From: Leptospiraceae bacterium
GTDB lineage: Bacteria; Spirochaetota; Leptospiria; Leptospirales; Leptonemataceae
Length of the DNA stretch: 64,000 bases
Reading direction: 5' to 3'
Assembly: GCA_040217195.1 (NCBI GenBank)
Contig: JAVJNR010000004.1
Location: 384,001-448,000, forward strand
Shown: piece by piece, positions 10,804-19,286 of the stretch
Position numbering within the stretch: the first letter of the stretch is position 1
Layout of the letters: every line of letters starts with the position of its first letter
Notes under the pieces: generated by a model
Databases searched by the model: none
Told to the model about the DNA's origin: nothing
Seen by the model: only the letters and a program-made list of their open reading frames with translations
Translations under genes and position numbers: made by a program

Positions 10804-11412
10804 TTATGACTTTCGCACGCGAACAATACCGTCGGATACCGTTAGTCGATCTTCGCAAAATAATCTGACCGCATGCGGAAGCAGGTTATGCTCTTCTATG
10901 CGAATCAGTTCAATCAAGGTAGTCTCATCACATCCCTCTGGAACCTGGACCACGGACTGAGCAATAATTGGCCCGGTATCCACTCCGGAATCCATGAAAT
11001 GCACAGTACATCCGCTTACCTTCACTCCTCGTTCCAGAGCCTGCCTTTGAGGATGCAAACCGGGAAATGAGGGCAGAAGCGAAGGATGTAGATTGATGAT
11101 TCGATTTTCAAATCGTTCTATAATGGCCTGAGGCAGAATCCGCATGAATCCCGCTCCGATGATCAAATCCGGCTGCAGTTGCTCCAGGGCCTGTAACAGG
11201 GTGGCATCGAAATCGACTCGGTGATTGAAGCTATTATATTCCAGAAGAGTGACCGGGATTTCATTCTCGGTTGCAACCAGGGCCGCACCGGTATCAGAAC
11301 GATCCACGATCAGGCCCACAAATTCTGCTGGCAGAGGATGGCTATTATGTTCCTCGAGAAGGCGTTTAAAATTGCTTCCGGCGCCAGAAGCCAGTGTTGC
11401 AATTCGCACCAC
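10804..11412 (-). CDS. purN: Phosphoribosylglycinamide formyltransferase
   Basis: SGAGSN, NLHPSLLP, GCTVH, VDTGPII. Confidence 0.97.
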   Translation of the reverse strand: MVRIATLASGAGSNFKRLLEEHNSHPLPAEFVGLIVDRSDTGAALVATENEIPVTLLEYNSFNHRVDFDATLLQALEQLQPDLIIGAGFMRILPQAIIERFENRIINLHPSLLPSFPGLHPQRQALERGVKVSGCTVHFMDSGVDTGPIIAQSVVQVPEGCDETTLIELIRIEEHNLLPHAVRLFCEDRLTVSDGIVRVRKS

Positions 11413-11897
11413 TAATCCCTGGACTCCAGGCGTATAGTTTGAATAAGTCCTGAGATCTTCTGTACGGTTTCCTGTTCCGGAATATCATCGGAATTGTAAA
11501 GAACCAGAATCATTCTGGAGCCCTGTACGATCATATTCACCAGCCAGAATCGGTCTTCCAGGACGAATTCGCAGGCCCGGCAGGCCAGGCCGGAGGCCAG
11601 GCTGAATTCAGCAATCCTGGATTTATCCATTTGAATCCCATGCCCGTTGAGATAGCGCTCCATCTCGGCATCAAAATCGAAATCCTGGCCCTCAGGCTGA
11701 CGGAAGGCAGCTACCTGTACAGCTCCGCCCCCTTCAGGATCAAAGAAACAGGGAATGTTCTCGATTATCTCGTATTCCCAGTCCCGAGGATATAATAGTT
11801 CAAAGAAAGTACCGCGGAATTGTGTCCAGGCCACTAACTGCCAGAGGCTTGAGCCCGGGACTTGTGTCAATCCGGCTTTGCGGTAGAATGGTACCAT
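11412..11897 (-). CDS. Hypothetical protein (PsbP/DUF3805-like); start may be the internal GTG of VAWTQF
   Basis: FELLYPRDWE motif; stop abuts the purN start. Confidence 0.55.
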   Translation of the reverse strand: MVPFYRKAGLTQVPGSSLWQLVAWTQFRGTFFELLYPRDWEYEIIENIPCFFDPEGGGAVQVAAFRQPEGQDFDFDAEMERYLNGHGIQMDKSRIAEFSLASGLACRACEFVLEDRFWLVNMIVQGSRMILVLYNSDDIPEQETVQKISGLIQTIRLESRD

Positions 11898-11938
11898 TTG
11901 ATTGACCGGAACCGGCCCCGTTCCACCCTTTCCATGCT

Positions 11939-13264
11939 TTGGAAAATATCCGACCCGTTCATCTTGTTCTGTCGGCTCTTGGCCTGGTAATCGTATCCTT
12001 TCTCATTGGAGGGATGGCTATTGCCCTGGCGTTCGGACTTCTGGCTCTAATCCTGGTTTATCCGCTTTTCCGGCTCATCTGGAATCGTCTCTACGGCGCT
12101 GAAGACATTGCCGATGCACTGTTTTTTGCCAGAACCGAAGATGGATGGAATATTCCACTGCATTTCCATCGACCTGACTATCCACGACCCGGGGCTTTTC
12201 CGGTGATATTCTGCCACGGAATCGCTGTGAATAAATTTGGAGTGGATATGGATAGAAGGCATAGCCTGGCCTTTTTCCTGAAACAAAGGGGATACCCGGT
12301 TTTTGTAATGGGAATGCGTGGCACCGGAAAGGCGCATCGGCCGGGGGCCCAGAAAACACCTCGTTTCAATTTTGATGATATTGTAGAATACGATGTTCCA
12401 GCAGCCATTCGCAGAGTTAAGGAGCTTACAGGGGCTCCGAAAATAAGCTGGGTAGGTCATAGCATGGGAGCCATGGTGGCCAGCGGCTTTCTGGGCAGAA
12501 AGCTTCCGGAAAGTGAGAATGTGGCCTGCCTGGTTTCCATTGGTAGTCCCGGAAGACTGGATCATGTAAATGGTCGATTCTGGAATACTCTGGCCAAGTA
12601 CCCATGGCTACAGGGTGCTCTGGATCTAAAACTGGGAGCCAATGTAATCGCACCGGTAAGTGGGCGGGTGACTACTCCGGTGGAACGTTTTATTTATTCT
12701 CCAGAAAATGTGTCCAGTCAGACAGTGCGAAAGCTACTAAACAATGCTATAGAAAACATCAATCCTGGGGTGGCAGCCCAGATGCTGGACTGGATTCAAA
12801 AAGGCACTGAAACCACCGAGGATGGATCCTACAGCTACAGAGAAGGATTCTCCAATATTAAGACCCCTACTCTGTATATCGCCGGCGAAGGAGATCTTGT
12901 GGCTCCTCCTCGCACTGTAATCCATTCCTACAGATTGAATTCGTCCAGGAATAAAGATATTCTCATTCTCAGCCGGGAGGATTACAGCTCCGACTACTGT
13001 CATATTGGACTGGTCCTGGGAGAGGAAGCTCCAGAGGAAATCTTTCCTGAGGTCCATGAATGGTTGAATCGTTTCGGGAATAAGAAGCGCACTGGTCGAG
13101 TATCGGGAACGATTCGAAAGGTACGTGACTTCCTTAAATCCACACCCAAGCAAAAGCAGGCTGCATTGCATCTTCGCCGTTCTGAGGCGGCCAAGAAGAA
13201 AAAGAAGAAACGAAAGAAGATTTATCGCGAACAGGACAGTCAGGAATCAGTGATTCAAAGTTAG
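11939..13264 (+). CDS. Membrane-anchored alpha/beta hydrolase (lipase/PhaC-like)
   Basis: CHG oxyanion motif, GHSMG nucleophile, GEGD and YCH; two N-terminal TM helices; Lys-rich tail. Confidence 0.85.
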   Translation: MENIRPVHLVLSALGLVIVSFLIGGMAIALAFGLLALILVYPLFRLIWNRLYGAEDIADALFFARTEDGWNIPLHFHRPDYPRPGAFPVIFCHGIAVNKFGVDMDRRHSLAFFLKQRGYPVFVMGMRGTGKAHRPGAQKTPRFNFDDIVEYDVPAAIRRVKELTGAPKISWVGHSMGAMVASGFLGRKLPESENVACLVSIGSPGRLDHVNGRFWNTLAKYPWLQGALDLKLGANVIAPVSGRVTTPVERFIYSPENVSSQTVRKLLNNAIENINPGVAAQMLDWIQKGTETTEDGSYSYREGFSNIKTPTLYIAGEGDLVAPPRTVIHSYRLNSSRNKDILILSREDYSSDYCHIGLVLGEEAPEEIFPEVHEWLNRFGNKKRTGRVSGTIRKVRDFLKSTPKQKQAALHLRRSEAAKKKKKKRKKIYREQDSQESVIQS

Positions 13265-13413
13265 GACAATCAGTTGAAGCAGAATCCTCCGCTTCTGGCC
13301 CTGAAATTTGTCTCTCGTCGCTATGGAAGACTCAGGGATTCCACATCATTTCAGCAGTGTTCCACTTAATATGGCTTGCATCTATTGATGTTGGACATAG
13401 ATCTAGAATAACC

Positions 13414-14166
13414 ATGAGCAGATTTTATTCGGCCCTTTTGATCCTGGCTACTGTGGCCATTCAGTGTAGCTCCGGCACCGTAATGGATCCGGCCTACGGC
13501 ACCAATTATTTCGATGATCAATTCGAATGCACCCAGGGCGCGGTTGAGCAGGAAAAGAATTCAAAGTACCATGCTCGGCGTTTGCTATGGATTGAAGAAC
13601 TCAAGAAAAGAAAGACAGATTCTCCCATAATCCTGGCCGGAGAATCCACGGCTGCATTGTTTACCGAAGATATGCTGCAGGAATTCTTACCAAATCATAG
13701 AATATCCAATCAAGCAATTCCTGGAGAAACCACTGTAGTATTCTTAACCGCCCTGGATGACCTGGTAATCAAGGCCCGCCCAAAAGTGGTGATTCTGGCA
13801 ATAGGCGGAAATGACATTCTTGGCGGACGTTGTTTGTCTACTATACTGCGAAATACGGAAATCATTCTAGATACAATCCATAGAAAACTACCCAGGACCA
13901 GAGTCCTTCTGGTTAGCATTCCGCCGGTTGTGAGCTGGAAAGTCTCCAGTGTTGCAGGCCATCTAAACCTGGGATTCCAGCAACTAGTGAATCGAAAACC
14001 ATTTGCTGAATATGTAGATCTTTGGCCCCACCTGGCCGATGAAAAGCGCCCGGTGCTGGATAAAAAATATCAGCTGTATCTGGAAGACAAAGGAAAGGTG
14101 GATCAAGTGCACTTCAATAAAGAAGGATATAAGCGATTCGCAGAAGCATTAAAACCTTATCTGTAG
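13414..14166 (+). CDS. SGNH/GDSL hydrolase lipoprotein
   Basis: GES (block I), IPGET, IGGND, DQVH; lipobox AIQC after ATG 13414 (ORF track starts at 13357). Confidence 0.85.
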   Translation: MSRFYSALLILATVAIQCSSGTVMDPAYGTNYFDDQFECTQGAVEQEKNSKYHARRLLWIEELKKRKTDSPIILAGESTAALFTEDMLQEFLPNHRISNQAIPGETTVVFLTALDDLVIKARPKVVILAIGGNDILGGRCLSTILRNTEIILDTIHRKLPRTRVLLVSIPPVVSWKVSSVAGHLNLGFQQLVNRKPFAEYVDLWPHLADEKRPVLDKKYQLYLEDKGKVDQVHFNKEGYKRFAEALKPYL

Positions 14167-14242
14167 ACTGAGACCTGGATAATTTACTTCCACCGCCCGG
14201 TAGTTGCAAAATGAAAGCTCAACCGGGGCTCAGGCCTGACTA

Positions 14243-15379
14243 TCACCGTTCAGCGAGGGGGCCCAGTAGATCCGGCCTATCGGAATGAAGCCAGGAACGT
14301 ATCTGTTCCAGGCCTTCGGTTAAAGATATGCCTGGTTTATAACCCAGCAATTTCATGGCTTTCGTTGAATCCACAGAATGGGGCCGCATTACAAACTTCA
14401 AAGCTTCACGATTCAATTGAGCCTCCCGACCAATGATGGAGTTTCCCATTTCCATGAGCAAAGCTCCTCCTCGAGCCAGACTGGAAGGAATGGAAGGGGG
14501 CGCCGAATGACCCGCTATGGAGGCCAGAGCTCCAAAGTACTCCCTGCAACTACTGCTAATACCATCCGTGATATTGAAGATCTGTCCGCCGGATGACTTC
14601 AATGCAAGATGTGCAGCCTGTACTATGTTGCTGATATGCACATGATTGATAGTATATTTCCCGCCATCCAGAAGCAGGAATTGCTTCTCCTTCATCATAC
14701 GCAGAGGACGGATTATCCAGGGCTCGCTACCAGGTCCGTAAACGTCCCCCGGTCGCAAAATGACTATGTCCATGGGCCCGCCTTGAAGTCCCAGCAGTGC
14801 ATGTTCGCTTTCAATTTTGGTAATACAATAAGGATTTCCATCCCCTCGCAATGGGCCGGTTTCGCTTACGTTAGGCGGATAATTGAACCCATACACCATT
14901 ACGCTGGAAAACTGCACCCATTTCTGCACACCACATTCCATGGCTTTCCTGGCCAGAGCAACAGTTGCATCCACGTTGATGGTACGAAAATCCTTCAGGG
15001 GCCCTTTCTCCTTAACAGGGGCTGCTGTATGAATGATGGCCTTGCTACGACGGAGAATTGGATCCAGATTCTGGAGTAGATCAGAGCTACCCAGGTCTGC
15101 CTGAATATATTCAACGCCTGCACGTTTTAGCTGGTTATATCGTTTCTGTAGCGGATGATCCGGTGCAATAGATGCGATTGCCACTCGATCTAGTCCAATG
15201 ACCGGACCCTTTTCGGCAAGCTTCAGCGCAATATGGGATCCAATGAATCCCAGGGCACCCGTAATCAATACAGCCCTGGAGTTCCGATTCCCTTTTGCAT
15301 TGCTCTTGCTTTCTAGACCGCGTATGGCCGCTCTCTGTGTCTGGCTCTTCTTTTTGATGCTCTTTTTTCTGGCTGCCAT
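14243..15379 (-). CDS. NAD-dependent epimerase/dehydratase (3-beta-HSD-like SDR)
   Basis: TGALGFIG, YCITK (YxxxK), RPGDVYGP. Confidence 0.88.
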   Translation of the reverse strand: MAARKKSIKKKSQTQRAAIRGLESKSNAKGNRNSRAVLITGALGFIGSHIALKLAEKGPVIGLDRVAIASIAPDHPLQKRYNQLKRAGVEYIQADLGSSDLLQNLDPILRRSKAIIHTAAPVKEKGPLKDFRTINVDATVALARKAMECGVQKWVQFSSVMVYGFNYPPNVSETGPLRGDGNPYCITKIESEHALLGLQGGPMDIVILRPGDVYGPGSEPWIIRPLRMMKEKQFLLLDGGKYTINHVHISNIVQAAHLALKSSGGQIFNITDGISSSCREYFGALASIAGHSAPPSIPSSLARGGALLMEMGNSIIGREAQLNREALKFVMRPHSVDSTKAMKLLGYKPGISLTEGLEQIRSWLHSDRPDLLGPLAER

Positions 15380-15439
15380 GACTCAGTTTACGGGACCTTC
15401 TGTTTTATTGTTCATCGTATTGCCATTAGTTCGCAGATA

Positions 15440-16531
15440 CTAAAAGATAGCTCTCAAGCCTACATTGGCGGAATAAACATTTTCATTTCCGCGAGCCTCT
15501 ACGTATAATTTCCAGAAATAGAAGTTGAACTCCACACCCACCAGACCATAGGAAAGCCTGGCCGGTGGAGCACCGCTACCATTCACAGATAGAATCAGGC
15601 TGGAAGCAGGAATGGATATTCCCAGAAGAGCTGCCAGATCGGATTCAAGATAGGCGGGCCCGGCTCTGGAGGCGGTAAAATCCGCATACCCTTTGGACCA
15701 GGCAGATCCTGCTCCTACCGACAGATTCAAAAAATGAAAGAACTGAACTCCAGTACGAATATCGATTGGATAGGATTCAATAAATGATCGGTACTGGATA
15801 GTATCGGTAGCGTCCCAGCGAACCGCTTCTCCACTTGAAAGACTGATACGTGTACCTGTATTCTGCTTCGAATAAAGAATGTCCTGTTCAAATTGATTGT
15901 AGCCAATACCCAGAGATACACCCAGAAATTGCATCATGGGGCCGGTTATTTCACGACGATCCGCAAGATGATATCTAATCTCCATACCACGGCTTCTTGC
16001 ATTCACATTCCAGTCCTCGGATTCAGAACGTGCGGTACCTGAAGGTTGGTCCATATCAAAGGTTACGTAGCTCAGATAGAGATCAAATCTGGATAAAGAG
16101 TACCAGGGAGGGGTCTTGGTCACCAGATGAGTCCCGCCCATCACCTCGCCCAGATTCATACCCAGATATACCCGGGGCTGGGCTGCAACGCCGGTGGACG
16201 GTAGGTTCTCCACCGTTCCTACCTCGGCCACTCGAACATCCACTTCTTCCAGGGAACGATAGCTTACAGCGGCGCTTAAACCGAAGGTAAAACTATCCAG
16301 ATTAATATCACCCATGGGAGCGCCGCTGAGGCTTGCCAGTGCTGCCGCCTCGGCCATGTCTTCGAAGACCTGATCAAAGTATTGATACTGGATGTCGTTG
16401 TAGATTAGATCCAGCTGGGTCTGGGTAAGGGGTAAGGCAGCACAGGCAGCTCCCTCACAGATAAATTGAGCCCTGACCTGGCCGGGGACCAGAAGGGCCA
16501 GTCCCAGCATTATGCTTATTAGCCATTTCAT
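15440..16531 (-). CDS. Secreted/outer-membrane protein, possibly Leptospira Lsa36-like
   Basis: Signal peptide, QFICEGAAC N-terminus, alternating beta-strands, C-terminal Phe; family name from memory only. Confidence 0.6.
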   Translation of the reverse strand: MKWLISIMLGLALLVPGQVRAQFICEGAACAALPLTQTQLDLIYNDIQYQYFDQVFEDMAEAAALASLSGAPMGDINLDSFTFGLSAAVSYRSLEEVDVRVAEVGTVENLPSTGVAAQPRVYLGMNLGEVMGGTHLVTKTPPWYSLSRFDLYLSYVTFDMDQPSGTARSESEDWNVNARSRGMEIRYHLADRREITGPMMQFLGVSLGIGYNQFEQDILYSKQNTGTRISLSSGEAVRWDATDTIQYRSFIESYPIDIRTGVQFFHFLNLSVGAGSAWSKGYADFTASRAGPAYLESDLAALLGISIPASSLILSVNGSGAPPARLSYGLVGVEFNFYFWKLYVEARGNENVYSANVGLRAIF

Positions 16532-16673
16532 TCATGTTCTCCCCGGAGCTTTCCCATTGGACGCAGTCTTTCTGCAAAATCTCCGGTTCTCTCTATAACA
16601 ACAAGAGCCAGCCCTGCAATTGCATGGTCAAAATGGAACTTTGTCCACCCTAATCCCTGTATTTCAGTGCCGA

Positions 16674-17072
16674 TCAGGGTCGCTCCACAACCAGCTGCAT
16701 GGATCCGCAATTTTGTAGAGAATCCACCAGCTCAACAAATCTCTGCAGAGGCAGTTCTGCTGCGGCTCTGACTTTAAAGATCGGACTGGTCTGACATCGG
16801 TCTTGAATGGACACTGGAAGTTCAGACAGAGTTGTTTCGATTTTCAGGGCGGGAATTCTCACCCTGTCTTTGTCCAGGTAGAGATCTATTTCATCCTGGT
16901 CGGTGGATTCGGTGCCGGAGGTGGAGTCCGATAAATCCACAGGCAGAATAAATTCTGACACCATTTGAGTAGAAACCAGCACAAAAATCAGAAGTATGAA
17001 GATTATGTCCAGGAATGGTGCCAGGGGCAATTCCCCACTTTCCTCTTTTCTGTAGCTTGAGAAAGGGCTCAT
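16674..17072 (-). CDS. exbD: Biopolymer transport protein ExbD/TolR
   Basis: LAPFLDIIFILLIF TM helix with the conserved Asp; overlaps the exbB stop. Confidence 0.85.
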   Translation of the reverse strand: MSPFSSYRKEESGELPLAPFLDIIFILLIFVLVSTQMVSEFILPVDLSDSTSGTESTDQDEIDLYLDKDRVRIPALKIETTLSELPVSIQDRCQTSPIFKVRAAAELPLQRFVELVDSLQNCGSMQLVVERP

Positions 17073-17560
17073 TGGGACCTTCGTTGTAGGCCACTTAGCA
17101 GGTCTAACTGGCGTACAGCCAGGGCATCTTTGAGCAAATGATGAGCCAGAAGGAAAGGCAGGGCCAGAATTAATCCTGCTATGGTAGTATGCAAAGCTTG
17201 ATAGATTCCAGCTGCAAATACATCGGGTCCTGCCTGTCCCTCAACCTGCATATCTGCAAAGGCCTGACTGATTCCCAGTACCGTGCCCAGAAGTCCCAAT
17301 AAAGTAGCCATACTGGCCAGCCTGGAAAGCCACAGAATAGCACTGTGTGTGCGAAAGCAAATTCGTTCAATGGCCTGCAGCGAGGCGGAATCAGAATTTC
17401 CCAGGTCGTTCATAGACTCTTGAGCCCTGTCAATCCACTCCTCCGCTGAAACATGCATTGTTCGCAGTGAATGAATGGAATAAAGCACCAGGGACAGCGC
17501 CACCACGGAGAGAAAAGTTAATACAATCATCACAGGCCCGCCGGCCAGAAAGGCTTCCAT
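17069..17560 (-). CDS. exbB: MotA/TolQ/ExbB proton channel protein
   Basis: GGPVM, LLGLLGTVLGI, GIYQALHTTIAGL; start set at the Met of MEAFLAGG. Confidence 0.88.
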   Translation of the reverse strand: MEAFLAGGPVMIVLTFLSVVALSLVLYSIHSLRTMHVSAEEWIDRAQESMNDLGNSDSASLQAIERICFRTHSAILWLSRLASMATLLGLLGTVLGISQAFADMQVEGQAGPDVFAAGIYQALHTTIAGLILALPFLLAHHLLKDALAVRQLDLLSGLQRRSQ

Positions 17561-17586
17561 GTCGTTGAAAGGATGATACCCGCCCA

Positions 17587-18000
17587 ATGAGTAAACGACA
17601 ATTCCGTGGACAGCCAGCCGGGCCAGGACAATGTGCACCGGTGCGGCAGGTTGCTTTTCTGGTTGTCTTCGCTCTTTTTGGAGCCCTGGCTTTTTTCTTC
17701 TTCGGTTCCGTTCTGGAGAGCATTCGTACAGGAATCGTATTTCCCCGTGGGCAGCCAGGGCCCGGAGATATGAGTCGTCTGACTTTGTTCAGTATGTTCA
17801 TACTGATTCTCACCTATGCATGTACGGAGGCGATGATTCGCCCTTTCTTCGGTCCACCTCCAGTCAGAGTTAGCCGCAGACAGAAAAGAAAAAGACGTGA
17901 GACAAAGACCAGGGATGATACAATTCTGAGAGAAAGCAGGAAAGCAAACCGGCGACAGAGTAGCGATGGAAACCAATCTCGTACCAGGCCAGTTCGATAA
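17587..18000 (+). CDS. Hypothetical small membrane protein
   Basis: Two hydrophobic segments and a basic tail; overlaps the tsaE start. Confidence 0.45.
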   Translation: MSKRQFRGQPAGPGQCAPVRQVAFLVVFALFGALAFFFFGSVLESIRTGIVFPRGQPGPGDMSRLTLFSMFILILTYACTEAMIRPFFGPPPVRVSRRQKRKRRETKTRDDTILRESRKANRRQSSDGNQSRTRPVR

Positions 18001-18445
18001 GCTTACCGAGTCAGAGATGGGTCGAATTGCCCGGTTACTGGTTGAGCATTGCAGGAGCTCATCTGCAGGGGCTGTATGGCTCATGGAAGGTGATCTGGGA
18101 GCCGGAAAGACAACGTTCGTTTCCACAGCAGCGCAGGCGCTTGGCATTCATGAAACCGTCAATAGCCCCACATTCAATCTTCATAATTACTATCAGGGCG
18201 AATCGGGAGATCTAAACCATTTTGATCTGTACCGACTGGGGGGCGCTGCCATGCAGGAGCTGGAATTCGCCGAGATCTGGGAAACTCCCACAGAAACTTT
18301 TACAATACATGCCATTGAATGGTGGAACAAATTATCTGTGATTCATTCCAGGCTGAAGTTCTACAAAGTTAAAATTGAAACGGTGGACGAAGAGCACCGA
18401 AAGGTTACCATTATATCTCTTGATGGAAACGAGGTGTATTCGTGA
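17966..18445 (+). CDS. tsaE: tRNA t6A biosynthesis ATPase TsaE
   Basis: GDLGAGKTT, SPTF, HFDLYRL, IEW. Confidence 0.95.
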   Translation: METNLVPGQFDKLTESEMGRIARLLVEHCRSSSAGAVWLMEGDLGAGKTTFVSTAAQALGIHETVNSPTFNLHNYYQGESGDLNHFDLYRLGGAAMQELEFAEIWETPTETFTIHAIEWWNKLSVIHSRLKFYKVKIETVDEEHRKVTIISLDGNEVYS

Positions 18446-19143
18446 CCGGTACGAAAGCGCCAATAAACTACCTTTGCATCGATACATGCGGTCCCTATCT
18501 TTGCGTTTCTCTGGGCAGTCAGAAAAATCATCAATCCATTGTTCAGCCAGGGCAGAATCGATCGTCCATCGACCTTGTACCTACAATCAAGGAATTACTG
18601 GCGTTGATGAATCTGGAAAAGCCAGATTGCATCGCAGTGACGGTCGGTCCCGGCTCATTCACAGGTACGCGAATTGGAGTCAGTACGGCTCGAAATCTGG
18701 GAATGCTCTGGAATGTTCCTTTACGCAGCTTTTATTCCCTGCAGCTATACGCAGAATCGCTGATGGCCGGCCAACCCTTTCCCTACCTGGTGGCCCTGGA
18801 TGGTAAGCAGAATCGGTTCTATTCAATTCTCGTGGATGGTGAAGACCGGGTTTACAATACGCAACTACAGGATCTCCAGGATCTAAAACCCCAGGAGATC
18901 CAGCAGCTTACCGGGCTGGAAATACCGATTTTCTGCGATGCATTTGACCTGCTCAAAGAAAGGTTGCCAGAGCCAGGGCCAGTGCTATCCTTGCCAAAGC
19001 CAGAGCCGGAATCTTTTTATCGACTTCTGGACCGTTCCGCTGGCCAGACACAGCCATACAGCTCCATCTTACCGGTGTATGTGCGAAGTGATCCCGCCAC
19101 GGCCAAATATCCGGATGGTTTTCAACACAAGCCCGATTCCTGA
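18442..19143 (+). CDS. tsaB: tRNA t6A biosynthesis protein TsaB
   Basis: LCIDT, GPGSFTGTRIG, PVYVR; coupled to tsaE. Confidence 0.95.
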   Translation: MTGTKAPINYLCIDTCGPYLCVSLGSQKNHQSIVQPGQNRSSIDLVPTIKELLALMNLEKPDCIAVTVGPGSFTGTRIGVSTARNLGMLWNVPLRSFYSLQLYAESLMAGQPFPYLVALDGKQNRFYSILVDGEDRVYNTQLQDLQDLKPQEIQQLTGLEIPIFCDAFDLLKERLPEPGPVLSLPKPEPESFYRLLDRSAGQTQPYSSILPVYVRSDPATAKYPDGFQHKPDS

Positions 19144-19286
19144 ACAATGGGGCATTCCTGTTAATTTGAATCCTCCCCAGTCCATGGCCCGGCAGCCGAA
19201 TCTGGCTTTTGAATCCAGCGGCCTTTGCGATACAGCCGGTCCTGGCCAACGAATAATCTATTAGAATAAAACAAGAAAAAGCAATA

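Noticed and set aside
16528..16710. 60-aa ORF bridging exbD and the next gene
   Set aside because: Overlaps exbD, has no SD or recognisable motif; likely spurious although its stop overlaps the next ATG.
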